A DNA stretch of 63,639 bases, the filler included, from Reticulomyxa filosa (Eukaryota; Protista; Foraminifera): NCBI GenBank assembly GCA_000512085.1. It is 20 parts of 20 records of this genome, joined end to end, with 100 filler letters (N's around TTAATTAATTAA, not from the genome) between each part and the next. Parts side by side here need not be neighbours in the genome. Positions count along the whole stretch, not along the records: positions 45,749 to 49,171 come from ASPP01037110.1; positions 49,272 to 50,539 come from ASPP01019361.1; positions 50,640 to 51,773 come from ASPP01046351.1; positions 51,874 to 54,007 come from ASPP01039426.1; positions 54,108 to 56,123 come from ASPP01008852.1; positions 56,224 to 60,536 come from ASPP01007065.1; positions 60,637 to 61,783 come from ASPP01000085.1; positions 61,884 to 63,639 come from ASPP01002061.1; 12 more parts are not named here. The stretch is one strand, 5' to 3'. Position 1 is the first letter of the stretch. Each line of letters begins with the position of its first letter. The notes below the pieces were generated by a model that was given only the letters and a program-made list of their open reading frames with translations, was not told the origin of the DNA and ran no database searches. Position numbers and translations under genes: made by a program. Of the stretch, positions 48,601 through 62,108 are shown piece after piece.

Positions 48601-49348
48601 ACCTTTTTTTCCATTTATTTTTTCCCCAACCCTTTTTTCCCTATCCCTCTCAATCAAATACAACATAAAAATAAAAAATAAAAAAATAAAATAAAAAAAC
48701 TTTCCAATCGCTTGATCTTGGCTCCTAATCACATTCACAAAGAGTAAATACATTTTTCATTTTTTTAAAGAAAAAAAGACAAAATCAAAACTTGACTTCG
48801 GAGCTAAAAGCTCCAATTCGAATATTTCTATATATTTTTTTCTTTTGCACGGGGATGGGGAGATGGACTACAAACATTTATTTTTTATTGATGGGGGGCA
48901 TGCCTATTCACAACAAACGTATACTTTTTATTAAAAAAAATAAAAAAAATAAATAAAAATAAACCTTTTAATTTTTATTTGTTCACGGGGTTGGCTTCGA
49001 CCCCGAAGTTTTTCTTTAGAGGGATGGTACGTATAATTTTATTTTTTTTTTGGAATAGAGGGCTGCGGCTGTTGTTGCAAAACACATAAATAAGTTATGT
49101 TAAAAAAATAAAATAAAAAAAAATTATATATAACAAACCTGGTTTTCTCCTTGTGGAGACGGGGGGCCTTANNNNNNNNNNNNNNNNNNNNNNNNNNNNN
49201 NNNNNNNNNNNNNNNTTAATTAATTAANNNNNNNNNNNNNNNNNNNNNNNNNNNNNNNNNNNNNNNNNNNNTTCCCTTCTTCTTCTTCCCTTCTTCCTGG
49301 CCGTCAATCTACTTTTGTTAAAAATTAAAAGGGGGGGCTTGGGTTCAG

Positions 49349-49555
49349 ATGAAAGTTTTAGGTGTCCAACCCGAAGCCAAATTCCCTGGTAAAGGCATCT
49401 TGAAAACATCCACAGACAAAAAAGTAATCGAAGAAAGACAACAAAAATTGACCAAATATTTAAATTGTCTTTTACGAGACCATCCCGATGCTAGAAAATC
49501 ACAAGCGTTGAATGACTTCTTATCCCCATCTCGCACTTTTGTTGTTGAACAATAA
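49349..49555 (+). CDS. C-terminal half of a PX domain (last exon)
   Basis: FPGK...VIEERQQKLTKYLNCLL...ALNDFL. Confidence 0.7.
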   Translation: MKVLGVQPEAKFPGKGILKTSTDKKVIEERQQKLTKYLNCLLRDHPDARKSQALNDFLSPSRTFVVEQ

Positions 49556-50639
49556 AATATGTTACTTACCGGTTTCATCTTCACATGCACTGTTGTGGTT
49601 TTTTTTTTTTGCTTCAATTCTGTTTTCTTGCTGTCTTGTTGTCCTACCTTGCTATTTTTTGTATATATGTGTTACATGCGTGCACGCACCACTATTCTTT
49701 TCTTTGTCTGTAAATCAACCGTCTTTTTTTGTTCCAATTATTTATATTCATACGTTTTGCCCCCTCTAATTTTAAACTCATCACATAAAAAAAGACACGT
49801 ATATAACAGAAAAAAAATCTGGAAAAACAAAAAAATAAACAAGTAAAATGTTGATCATCAGTTTACTTGAGCATGTTCAAATAAATGAACATCCTCTTTT
49901 GATAAATTACTGCAGTAGCGTGTCATGGTTGTGTAAATATAAATCGGTAAACTGACTCTGCAAAAGAAGAAGAAATATTTTATTTCGACGAAAATAAGCT
50001 AATCGAAGGAGATTAAACTGATTCAAAATTCGACAATTGATGGAACATACGCGAAAATTGAGTCGATGTCTGTAGTATTAAATAGTTGTACTGTCTTTCA
50101 AATTTATTTGCATTACAGTAATCAATTTTCATATTGTCAATTTGAATAGTTTATATATACATAAATTTTTTGACTCATGAGTTTTCAAAATTATATTCCG
50201 GCTTTCTTCCTAAAAAAAAGGGACTTATTGCGAAGAAAAATTTCTTAATATTCCAGCAATGTCATTTGCCGAAGATGAAAAATCAAAAAAAGTTGAACGA
50301 GTGAGGCAATTAGACTTGATTTTGGAAGTCGCAATAGATAAAAATTATCACAAGCTGGTAAATGAACTGCAAAATCAACTGACAAAAAAATGACATGACA
50401 ATGTTGAGACACGTAACGTACGCGAAGATGACAATTTATAATATAATTCAAATAATTGAAAACGATCAGAAAGATCACGTGAAATTTTGCTTGTCGTTAT
50501 GGGACAAACTGAGCAAGGACATTTTATCAGACAACACTCNNNNNNNNNNNNNNNNNNNNNNNNNNNNNNNNNNNNNNNNNNNNTTAATTAATTAANNNNN
50601 NNNNNNNNNNNNNNNNNNNNNNNNNNNNNNNNNNNNNNN

Positions 50640-51361
50640 TTTCACCATTTAATGGCGGTAGATATTTATGTTCTGGATCTGGTAGCAATACAATTCGTTT
50701 ATGGGACGTTGAAACATTAAAACCATTACATGTTTTCAACGGACATAAATATGCTGTTTTGTGTGTTGATATTTCACCATTACAAAGCAATAATAACAAT
50801 TGTAATAATAGTAAAATGAATGCTATTGGTGTGATTGGTGGAAATGGATATACAATTTGTTCCGGAGCAGATGATAACATTCGAATATGGGATATTGAAA
50901 CAGCCAAACAATTGAATGTATTCAAAAAATATTGCACTCGTGTGAATAGTGTAAAATATGGATCGAATGAATTAGCGAATACAATATTATCTGGATTAAA
51001 TGATAAAATTGTTCGTTTGTGGGATATTCGATCAGGTCAACAAATTCAAGTGTTTAATGGACATAAAAGTTGGGTTTTTGCTGTTGAATGCTCACCACTT
51101 GTGATAAAGAATATTGACGAAGTTGTTGGTGGTAATTCGAATGTGATATGTTCTGGATCAAGTGATAATACAATTCGTTTTTGGGATATTCGATCAAATA
51201 AGAGGCAATTGTATATGATCAAAGGAGATAATATAGAAGATAATGGAATACGTTGTCTCAAATTTATTGTATTGAAAAAGAAAGAGAAGACAAAGAATGT
51301 TACATATGATTTAAATTTGTGTTATGGTTCAAATAAAGGTCCCATTCGTATTTGGGGATAA
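50640..51361 (+). CDS. WD40-repeat protein, 5'-partial (Reticulomyxa-type expansion)
   Basis: Contains GGNGYTICSG, RLWDIRSGQQIQVFNGH, ICSGSSDNTIRFWDIRSNK and LCYGSNKGPIRIWG. Confidence 0.9.
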
Positions 51362-54107
51362 TTTAGTTTTGCCGAATAAGAAATGAAAGTGTTTTTCTTT
51401 GAAAAGAAAAGTAAGGTGAAATTAAACTTGTTTGATTTGATTAAATGCAAGCATTGAAAGATTTGTTCTATCTTACTTTGTTTAAAAAATGTACGGAGCT
51501 GCGTTCAATGTTTTTCAAAGAATTCAAAGCATAATGAATGAAAATTGTATTCAAATTCAAAATAAATTGCAAGATATTTCAAGTGAATAAAATAGAAAGC
51601 TGTTGAAATATGTGTAATTTTAATTCAAACTGCCATTAATTAAGTTTTGGGTGTAATAATATTTGAATAATGGAAGAGATGTTATTATATAAAAGTCAAC
51701 ATTAAAAATAGATTAATATTCATTGAAAGCATTCAATTTGCACTTTAAAATACTTAAACTTTCAAATCAAAAANNNNNNNNNNNNNNNNNNNNNNNNNNN
51801 NNNNNNNNNNNNNNNNNTTAATTAATTAANNNNNNNNNNNNNNNNNNNNNNNNNNNNNNNNNNNNNNNNNNNNAGAGGTTATTTCATTGTTTGTTTTTTT
51901 TTTCCCAGTGCAAAATCTTGTGTGTTTTCACAGGAATGTCTAACGCAAAATATCATTCCAATTTTGTTTGAAATAATCCCTTTTCCAAAGCTACAAGAAA
52001 AATCACAAACTTCGCTAACTTCATATTTATTTTGAATCAGTGCAAACATTTCACAAAAAATTCAGCTTTTTCAAATAAAGAAAGAAAATTAATCAATACT
52101 CTTGATTTTGAAAGCATTTTTGAAAATTTTTTTTGTTTTAGCATTTGATATCTTTCCATTTCGGACTGCACTGTAAGAGAGGGGCAAACAGAGTAGAAAA
52201 GATTGAATAAAGAATCAGGTTATTCTGTCAGAAGCATGAAATTCTCGTTAATGTTGGCAGCAGTACACGTATTAGTTGCAAATGCATTCAAGCCAAACAA
52301 AAACGTGACGAACGCACAAACGTACTCAAGTCACTACAACAATATTTGCACATTTGCAACATCATTGAATACATTGATCAGCTACTATATCAACTACGTG
52401 TGGATACAATGCATATCAAATTACAATTTAGCAATCTTATCATGTGTGCTAATTTTCAATAAGGGGTCGATTGTATCAGAAAACGAAAGTATACGTTTTC
52501 CCCCTAGCACATTGCTTATCAACTCAAAATTTTGAGATAATACCCAAACGACTATGGATATATTCAAATCAACTTCCTGTACATCTTCGATTTTTTTCAA
52601 ATTCACATTCAAAGCAATCTCATACAGGTAAACAAAGATTAAATGAAAAAACATATCAATAAAAAAAAATTTGTTCATAAAAAAAATATCGATAATAAAA
52701 AAGATGGTGTGGAGAATGTATTGAATATGTGATTGATTTGATTTTTAAAAAACAAAACTAGCATTGTATTGGCAGTTGGTGAAGTTGAAGTGATCACAAG
52801 AGCGCTGCCGTCAAATGGTGCATATGTGTTGACCAAAAATTGGAATTGGTCATAGAATTGAAGATGTTATGTGCGATCGATCATTCTATACACAGTATGT
52901 TATTTTTTTTATTCTTTTTTTAAAAACAACAAACAAACAAAAATTGTACAGATCAAACGATAGTGCAGGAAAAACTTGGTGCGAGTATGCGAGCATTGTA
53001 AGTGTACGCGGGCGACGACGATGACTTTACACATTGCTTGACTGGCTGTAATTGCTGGTACAACTTGTGATGAAAGTCAGTTGTCATCGCCCAATTATTA
53101 GGCTAATGCCTTTGAAATGATTGGCGCTATTTGCGCAAATGTGATGATTGGGGCATAACGTATCTGACAAACAAGTCAATCGTGATGCCCATCATCTTTG
53201 TGCAAAGAAGCGCTCATTCTGCAAATGCGTGGCCATCAATTATACTTTACAGTGAACGCAATCTCTGCACTCAAGGCAAAACTATCTCGACACATTGCCA
53301 CTACTATTCCAATCATTGACAACATCTTTCAATCATTGTCGCTAATCCTCCAAGTATTATGCAAAAGTCGATGATATCACATTGCATTGCAAAGTTAACC
53401 TCTTTTTTTGTAATGTTATTGCAATAATATCAAACTTTTTTATTGTGACTTGTATATAGGAACACGTATAACAATGCAGCCAAATTGTTGTTGAATTGGA
53501 ATAAATGGCACGATGTGATTGTCTCATTGCAAGACTGGACGCCATAGAAGGTAAATCTTTATTCTTGTTTTGTCAGCCTTAAGATATATATTGTGTATTT
53601 GTTTAAAATATAGCACCCCATTGTGATTAGAAGAAAAAAGATATGGGGTAGAAACCACCCCCGTCTCCGAAAGGAGAATATCAGGCTTGTTTTGTTATCT
53701 ATTTTTTTTTTTGACATATTTAAATATCTTGTGTTATATTATAGGTTCCCCCGATGACAAAGATTGCTCCAGTATTGTTGCCCACCCATCTCCACAAAAA
53801 AAAAAATGAAAAAAAAAATCGGGGTTGAAATCCACCCCGTCTCCGGAAGGAGTAAAAAAAGTATGTTATGTTATGTTTATGTTTTTGTATATGTTTTATC
53901 AATAATGTGTTTGTGTTTGTAAAGACATACAAATAGGAATTTCCCCCTCCAAAGAAAAAAAAAATGTATATATCTTTATTTTTTCCACTCCCTTAAAAAA
54001 AAAATTGNNNNNNNNNNNNNNNNNNNNNNNNNNNNNNNNNNNNNNNNNNNNTTAATTAATTAANNNNNNNNNNNNNNNNNNNNNNNNNNNNNNNNNNNNN
54101 NNNNNNN

Positions 54108-54686
54108 TTGCTCTTGTTCTTGCTCTTGTTCTTGTTCTTGCTCTTGCTCTTGTTCCTGCGTTTGTTCTTGCTTCTGTTCTTGCTTCTGTTCTTGCATGGG
54201 ACTCGATAGTTGTGGCTCTTGCTTTTCATTTGTCGGTACTTGCTGCTGTTGCTCTTCTTGCTGTTGCTGTTGCTGTTGTTCATTCGAAGGCTGTGATTGT
54301 GATGGTGGATGATCTTCCTCTTTGAATTCAACAGGCTGAATAGTATGTGCGGACGGTGGTTGCGACGTGGAATTGTCATCGGTTGTGACTGGGTGCGGCA
54401 CGTCCTCGTCATTACTGGCATTGGAAACGAGGGAGGAAGGGAGAGGATAATGCATTTCATGCGTTTCGAGCATCACGGAAAATGTGATCGTAGTCTCCCC
54501 GGCCATCTTTTTGCTAATTTTGGGATTCAGCGTCACAGGCTGGTTTTTGAATTCGATCCATTTGTTCGGAGTCGGCACGAGTGCCGTTATGAAATTGTAT
54601 TGGCATATCTTTTCATCACGATGCATGTCTTTGTCGTATACTTCAATGCAGATTAGAGATGAGCGTGTCTACACACATATATGTAA

Positions 54687-54717
<31 letters not shown>

Positions 54718-56094
54718 CATATATATACTATTCAAACATTACGCAATTTTTTTTTTGCAAACTTGTATCGGCAAACGAAAGTACTCGTTCCACTCCGGAT
54801 TTAATGTTTTCTTTTTGACCGTGGTCTTTCTTTCCTTTGTATCGCCATTGACCAAAATTTTTATGAATGGATCGCTTGATTTAGATAGGACATCTGTCAC
54901 CGGTAAATTGGTTAGTGAGCCAATTTTTATCGTTACAAACCCTTTTCTGCATATATACACACATACACACACGTATATGTGTATGTATACGTATATTATT
55001 TAAAAAAAAAATCAACTCTTCTTCTTGTAATTTCTGCCACCAACGACGATGATAATCACTGGAGAGTTGCTTAGCGGCGTCAATCAAAGCAATGATCTTT
55101 TGTTGAGACGCGAAAGACAACTTGGTGTCAATGTTGTATTGGTCCAAAGGCTTTGAAAACACCTCGCTCTGCGACCGGCCTCTTCGACTTGCGCTCTTCG
55201 TTTGGCTGTGTTCGGGACTCCCTTGCACAAGGTGTCCGCCTTTGACCGAGGGGGGAGGGGGGCGACTGCGTGGCTTTCGCTGTGACTTCGCGGACGCGTA
55301 AACACTTGCGTGTCTGCAGCTAGATCGAGAGAACGATGAGGGGGAGGACGATGAGGGGGAGGATGGTTTGGAGGTGTCCCATATATTCGCGCCGCCGATT
55401 GTCTCGACGGAGTAGACGTTTGACCTTTTGTCAAATGGCATGAATAAATAAATGTTATTTATTTATTTTCATTACAATTAACAAAAAAAAAAAAAAAAAA
55501 AAGTGTACTTTTTGGAGTTGCAGTTAGGTCTGCTTGATGACTGGACTGTTCCTCATGTTCTTTGTTTTTCTTCGCTGCATTGCTTTCAGCGTTTTTGTTG
55601 GGCGTTTTTTGCTCTTCGACGTTGGGCTTTGCGAGAGCTGTGTCCACTGCCGACTGGCTATTGCTGTTTTCTTTCGCCTTTGATGTCAAAGGATCCTCTG
55701 TTTTTTTCATCACAAATTCTACACGGTTCACTTGCTTGTGTGTGTTGTGTGTATATGTTTTTTTAACTGTCTTTGTGATCCACTTTCTCAGAAGTGTTGG
55801 GCACAGATTTCGTAGCTGTGGTTTTCTCTTCTTCACCAGTGCCTTTTTTTTTTTTTTTTACACAATATTTGACAAACACAATCTTCATGTATGTACATAT
55901 ATATTGTAATATATACATGCATAAGTCAATTGATGAAAAGAAAACATCGGATTGATACCAAAAGTCTGTTGCGTGGAGATCCTTTGAAGCTCACTGTCAT
56001 TTTCATTCACGCTTTCAGGGATGGTATCAAGTCGGTCTTGTTGGTCGTGGTGATTATTGGTTTGTTCGTTTGTCACGTCCACACACACACGCAT
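54108..56094 (-). CDS. Multi-exon C2-domain protein with a Q/E-rich low-complexity segment (partial)
   Basis: NLPVTDVLSKSDPFIKI-like segment, then TTVKKKTLNPEWNEYF. (QE)n repeats lie at 54108-54190. Confidence 0.8.
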
Positions 56095-56262
56095 ATATGC
56101 ACATATTACACAAGCTTACAATANNNNNNNNNNNNNNNNNNNNNNNNNNNNNNNNNNNNNNNNNNNNTTAATTAATTAANNNNNNNNNNNNNNNNNNNNN
56201 NNNNNNNNNNNNNNNNNNNNNNNAAAAAAAAAAAAATCAGTTCACGAGGTTTTCAAACTCCT

Positions 56263-57603
56263 TTGGGCTCGCTGACAATGGAACAAATAGAAAAAGGAGA
56301 AGATTTGCTATTGGAGATTTTCGAGCTGTGGAAAAACAAAAAAAACCCATCCCAACAGGACGTGCTGACGAATGAGTTTTACAGCACCATTCCCCACAAA
56401 TTGGGGAGGTCTCGCTTCGACATCAGCTCGAGCAAGTTTACAGGCTACAAGGACTTTGAAGAAAAACAAGAAACGCTGCAATTGATGAAAGACATGCTCT
56501 CTGTGAACAAAAACTCACAAAAAGAGTCCAAAAAAAGTGTACTGACCAATGACGCTGATGTCATGGATCAGTACACTGCTCTTGGCTGTAACATACAACA
56601 TTTGGACTCCGAGAGCAAAGAGTTCAAAGTTGAGATGGAGAGGTCTTGCTCTGTATATATACAAATATATACAAATACATACATATATATGTGCATGTGT
56701 GTGGTATGTATTTTTTTTTAGCATTTTTGCTTTTGTCACACAACTAACTACTTTTCAAATGCGCTAGGACTTACAAGATGAAGTTGTTGCAAGTGTAGCG
56801 AGAAGCCACGCTGGGAAGCCTCCCACCATTCGCAATATCTATCGGGTGCGCAAAGAGGAAGAAGAGACGAGGTTCACCAAAGATATGCCCAACCAAAGAT
56901 TGCTGTTCCATGGCAGTCGGGCATGCAACTTTGTTGGCATTCTGTCTCGAGGGCTATTGCTTCCTGCCATTGTTGTGAGGCAAGGTCTTTCCAACCGAAC
57001 TGATGGAGGGTGGCTGGGCGATGGTTTGTTTTGTTTTGTGTTTTGTTTCTACCATTCCTTCACTTTCTGCTTGGTGTGCTCAACTCAACCATTGAATAGG
57101 AATTTACTTCGGTATGCATGTTGGACATACATATGTGATGCTCTTTTTTGTCTTTGTTTGAAGGCTTTTTCCTCTTGTAATTATCAATGCCATGCTTGTC
57201 ATCTTTTTCACAGGAGAAGCAGATACTGCGTGCGGTATGTTCTTTTTAAAAAAATTGTCAGTTTTTTCTTTTTGTTTCATTTTTAAATATATCCATCCAT
57301 TATTTTAGGATATGCGGGTGCTGCTCAAAATGGACATTCTTTTATTCTCTGTGCCAAGTATGACTTTTCTTTTCTTTTCTCTTCTTTTTTCAATTTTACT
57401 AATTGTATTGCTTGTGTGATTTCAGTGTTGCATTGGGCAAGCAAAAAACGTACCAAAAAATAACTTATGGATTGCGGATTCCTGACGAATTTAATAGTGC
57501 TCATGGTGTACCAGGACCAAGTTCCAGCTTTTATGATAATGAATATGTTATTTATGATGAAAAGCAGCACAAAATGGTATATTTGGTCGAATGTCATCGC
57601 TGA
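56263..57603 (+). CDS. Poly(ADP-ribose) polymerase, regulatory and catalytic domains; multi-exon, 5'-partial
   Basis: PLGSLT...LTNEFYSTIPH (PARP regulatory), LLFHGSR...GILSRGL, GWLGDG and YDNEYVIYD (catalytic Glu). Confidence 0.9.
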
Positions 57604-59560
57604 TTTTTAAAACAATTTTGGTTTTGTTTCGTGGTGATATAAAAAGAAGTCCAATAAAACTTTTATAAAAAATTCAATTGTTGTGTATCGGCGAACGCCG
57701 AGCTGTAAAAAAGTCGAAGATCGAGTTGATTCGGCTTGTGAGTTCAATTATCTGAAGACATAAAATGCCTTCACGGACAAAATATTATTTTTAAAAAATG
57801 AAATAAGCACTTTTTCTTAAGCTATTTGAAAACTGCCAAGCGCAATCAATCAAATTCGCTATATTTTTAGTATTACTTTAATTAATAAATATCTAACACA
57901 AATTAAAAATGACTTATTTTTAGCTATAAATTGCTTTAATAAATCACTACTAATCAAAGTGTCAAAATATTTTATTCAATATTCATAATCGATATTAACT
58001 TTTATTTTGAAAGAAATGAAATTAAGAACTACTACATGCTTTAATGTCCAGTAAATTCACCAAAGATTTATAAGAAGAAATAGCAAAGACTTAAAAAATG
58101 AATTTTTTATTAATTGTGTACTAACTTTTATCTTAAAATCCACTAAAATAGCATATTATACCATGTTACATTGATGCTAAACAATCTTCACGTATAAAAT
58201 AATTATAAAATATAATCCTACATCAGAACGTAGTCATATGACTCTAACATTTCCTCTTAACTCTCTTTTCTGTTCCAACAATATTTACTTTTCGGCTCAA
58301 GATCTTTGTGTGTACTTCTGTCCCAAAAAGGGTGTTCACAAGAAAAGGAGATATTTGATTTCTTGTTCGTACAAAGGAAAAGTCGAAAAAAAAAATTTTG
58401 TAATTCATTTTGAACTTTTAAATTATGATCCCGTTAATTTTGCAATGTAAAAAGCATTTTGTTTCAAAGTAAGAATCAATAGTTACTTTATAATAAATAT
58501 AATTCATTTTAACATCTTCATAATTAATATCAACTTTTGCAAAAAAGTTTTATCTTGAAACATAGCAACTATACTGCAACATTTAGCAGTATCTGAAAGA
58601 ATTATGAATAATCAATTCAAGATTTTCAACGATTTCGTCTTGGTCAAAATTCGTTGCGAAAGCTGATCAAAGAAAACAAATGAAAAAATAATTTTTTTCA
58701 TAGTAAATTTTTTATAGTAATAAAAAATTTTTTTACTAGTTGAAAATTTCATATATCGAGAAATGTCATATATATGTCAACCAATTAACTGGCCAAACGA
58801 AGTTTCATGAAATATTGTGTCAACAATAATATCATCAAAATGTAAAAATAAAAAAAAAATTTAGCAACTTTGTTAATAAACAAATAAATAAAATAACTTA
58901 ACACCTTTTTGATAATTAGTGTTAAAATTTTTTTGCTTTAGTTTTCTTTAATTTATTGAAAGAAGTAAATTGAATGTCAATATTTTATGATACTTCAACA
59001 ATTTAAAAACAAGTACTCAGATTATTTTGTTGATAAACGCTACTGCAATCCGCACTTACTATTTTAATGATTAACCAAAACTTGAATATATTTTTTCGCT
59101 TGCTGTCGATTGTGTGAGTTTTAGAAATTTTTGTTGATCTTTTCCTTTTGCTTTTCGTTTTCTTCATAGTACTGTGTTCCTTTTGGGATGAGATACTAGT
59201 TTTTTTTAACTGTGATAAGATCTAATTCAGCTAAAAAAAAAGTGAATATGACATTGCTTTTACATCTTGTAAGTAACAAAACAAAGAAAAGTTGATTTGC
59301 ACAATTTAATGTAGTGATTTTTTTTAAGTCAGAAGCAAGAATACAACATTTTTGTTTCTCCGCATGACCACGAACAAAAAAAAAAAAGCCAAGAGCAATT
59401 TTGATACAGTGAAAAATTCTGTCGTAACCTTGAATTGTGTGAAACTGGAATAACCATGATTAACACAATTGCAATCAAGTTCAATGAAAGCTATATATTA
59501 GCCTTATTATTTTTTCGAAAGATAGAATAGGGACATAGAGAAGAGGAAAAAAAGCATTAT

Positions 59561-60457
59561 CTAATCTTCCTCCACCTTGGCAATGTCATAAACATTACCA
59601 AATCCCCAGGAGTACATATTAACGTGATCATTTTTATCCCATTGGACTTTTGCCAAAACTCCAGAAATGCCAATTGTAAACTGAATGACGGCGACAGTTC
59701 CAAGTGACGTGTTATCGTCTTCCTTTCCAAAAAGGGTCTGAACGCGATCACCGACGCGAATTCTAGTCCACTCATGATTGAGCAGATGTCCGCGCTTGAA
59801 AAAGGCAACATCACTGGCGCCATTATAATCAAAGCGAAAGCCATGACGTAAGCTCCATTGAGTGTACACCCTGTCACCGCGAATTTGCGACGGGTTGACA
59901 CGAGTTTTATCCCACTGTTCAACGCGCAAAACTACGGCGGTTTGTTCGGCATAGTCTCCGCTGGGAGGTTCTTTAAATTCGGGGCCCTTGATTACTTTGT
60001 CACTCACCATCAAATACTTGTTGGGCGACAACGAAATGGGTTCGACAACAGCGATGTCATAGACCTCGTCATCCGTCCCCCAGCGATATTCAGCCAAAGG
60101 CTGAGAAACCACATCTTCAAACTCTAATTCATCCCACACCGTGGTCTCTATTTCCGTTGCAACAGCCGAATCAGAGCCAGAGTTTTTTTTGTTGACCTCC
60201 CAATTTGTGAAGTGATGATCGATGTTTACTTGCTTGCACAGTTCAATGAACTTTTCAGTTTGTTTGCTCTTGTCATTGCTCTTGGAAGCCATTTTCGCCA
60301 ACAATTCTTTTTCCTTTGCTTTTTCGACTGCCCTCTTTCTCATTCTCTCCTCACTCTCCTGGGCGATCCGCTTCCATTTGTCTTTGTCCTTGTCCCAAAG
60401 CACACCGACGCGGACGCCATTGGCAAATGGTGCGGGCGACGCATACAATTCCAACAC
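59561..60457 (-). CDS. Protein with two MIB/HERC2-like (SH3-like) repeats, last exon
   Basis: VRVGVLWD...EYRWGTDDEVYDI and IRVGDRV...KVQWDKNDHVNMYSWGFGNVYDI. Confidence 0.5.
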   Translation of the reverse strand: MLELYASPAPFANGVRVGVLWDKDKDKWKRIAQESEERMRKRAVEKAKEKELLAKMASKSNDKSKQTEKFIELCKQVNIDHHFTNWEVNKKNSGSDSAVATEIETTVWDELEFEDVVSQPLAEYRWGTDDEVYDIAVVEPISLSPNKYLMVSDKVIKGPEFKEPPSGDYAEQTAVVLRVEQWDKTRVNPSQIRGDRVYTQWSLRHGFRFDYNGASDVAFFKRGHLLNHEWTRIRVGDRVQTLFGKEDDNTSLGTVAVIQFTIGISGVLAKVQWDKNDHVNMYSWGFGNVYDIAKVEED

Positions 60458-60488
60458 GGTTCCGTAGCTTTGTATGGTGTTGCCATCT

Positions 60489-60535
<47 letters not shown>

Positions 60536-61358
60536 ANNNNNNNNNNNNNNNNNNNNNNNNNNNNNNNNNNNNNNNNNNNNTTAATTAATTAANNNNNNNN
60601 NNNNNNNNNNNNNNNNNNNNNNNNNNNNNNNNNNNNGTGGGACCCCCATTGGGTTAAAACTCTCTTCTCAACACAACTCACTTTTCTCTCGTTGTACTTG
60701 TTTCTTTCATTTTAGTTGTTATTATTCTTTTTAATTTACTTTCTTTTACTGAAGTTGTTCTTTTGGAACTAAGTTCCTTTCGTATTACACTTAGTCTTCT
60801 CACAAATCCCACACTATTTTAGTTGATGCTTCTCTCATGGTCAATTTTGATCAAAATATATTTCTTTTCTTCTTCAAAGTTATAACATCTTCTTTTAATC
60901 TTACATATTTTTTTTGTTTCAATATAAAAAATGAAGGAAAGTTTGATTAGTTTAAGATAATGTTAAGTACATATTTTTTCTGTAGATGATAATCTACGTA
61001 AGTATTTCAAACAACTAAATTCAGAAAATTTAAAAAATATATGGAAAAACATGCACTTTTCTGTAGTCGTAAGTTAATTAATGGGATTATTGTATAGCAC
61101 TTTTCCTCAACAATGACAACAAACCATTGAATTTCTCTAGCTTCAGCATAGCCGATGTGACCGAAAATAATTAAATTTGCCACTATTAGCACGATTAATA
61201 TCATTACGACTAAATGGCAATAAGTTTTTTAAACTGGATATTCGAATCTCAACTGACTTTTTTTCACAAAAACTCAGAAGCCAAAAAAAAGTGGCAACAA
61301 TTATTTTTGTTGTTAATATTATTATCAGTTTTTTTGGCGATATCCGGACATCCTTTTA

Positions 61359-61718
61359 ATGGAAAAACCTTCTGAATCAATGGAAGTAGATAACTTTCAA
61401 TCAAAGGGACATGAACACGGCAACACAACGGAGAGGTCGGATTCAAATAAACCGAGCAAATCAAAAGAAAAAAGGCACAAAGACAAGGATAGAAAATCAA
61501 AAGGAAAGCACAGAGAAAAAGAAAAAAGTAGAAAGAGAGAAGACAATAAAGAAAACAAAGAATCCAAACACTTGAAAGGAAAAAGTGACAAAAACAAGGA
61601 GGGCATAATAAAAGGGAAAGAAGATGAACTGAACGAGATCTTGCAAAAAAACAATGAGCCGTCTCAGTCTAAGACTAGTAAAGAAAGGGAACGACCCAAA
61701 CATGACAAATCCTCCAAG
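61359..61718 (+). CDS. Lys/Glu/Arg-rich first exon of an unknown protein
   Basis: Low-complexity charged ORF ending at a GTATGT donor followed by poly-T. Confidence 0.45.
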
Positions 61719-61748
61719 TATGTTGAGTTTCCGTTGATGTATTTTGTT

Positions 61749-61783
<35 letters not shown>

Positions 61784-61883
61784 NNNNNNNNNNNNNNNNN
61801 NNNNNNNNNNNNNNNNNNNNNNNNNNNTTAATTAATTAANNNNNNNNNNNNNNNNNNNNNNNNNNNNNNNNNNNNNNNNNNNN

Positions 61884-62108
61884 TGAATGAATCAATTGTA
61901 CAACACAATGTCCATCCATTTTAACATAATTAGGATAAGAACAGATGTATTTGTATTGTTTTTTGAGAGTATGATAGGAATAACAGTCGTTAGTTTGAAA
62001 GCCTCCACAAATAAGGAGTTCATCCTTGAACAGAAGACATTGTGAAGTTGTGAAGGGCTTAGGTAAGTCAGTCAAAGTTTGAAAGATGTTGTTGAGTTGA
62101 GTAAACAT
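61884..62108 (-). CDS. Kelch-like repeat protein fragment (Reticulomyxa-type family)
   Basis: FQTLTDLPKPFTTSQC...LLICGG...CYSYHTLKKQYKYICSYP...GHCVV. Confidence 0.7.

Noticed and set aside
5512-61883. Regularly recurring TTAATTAATTAA palindrome flanked by Ns
   Set aside because: Artificial contig linker. Adjacency across it has no biological meaning, and ORFs ending in X...LIN are artefacts.
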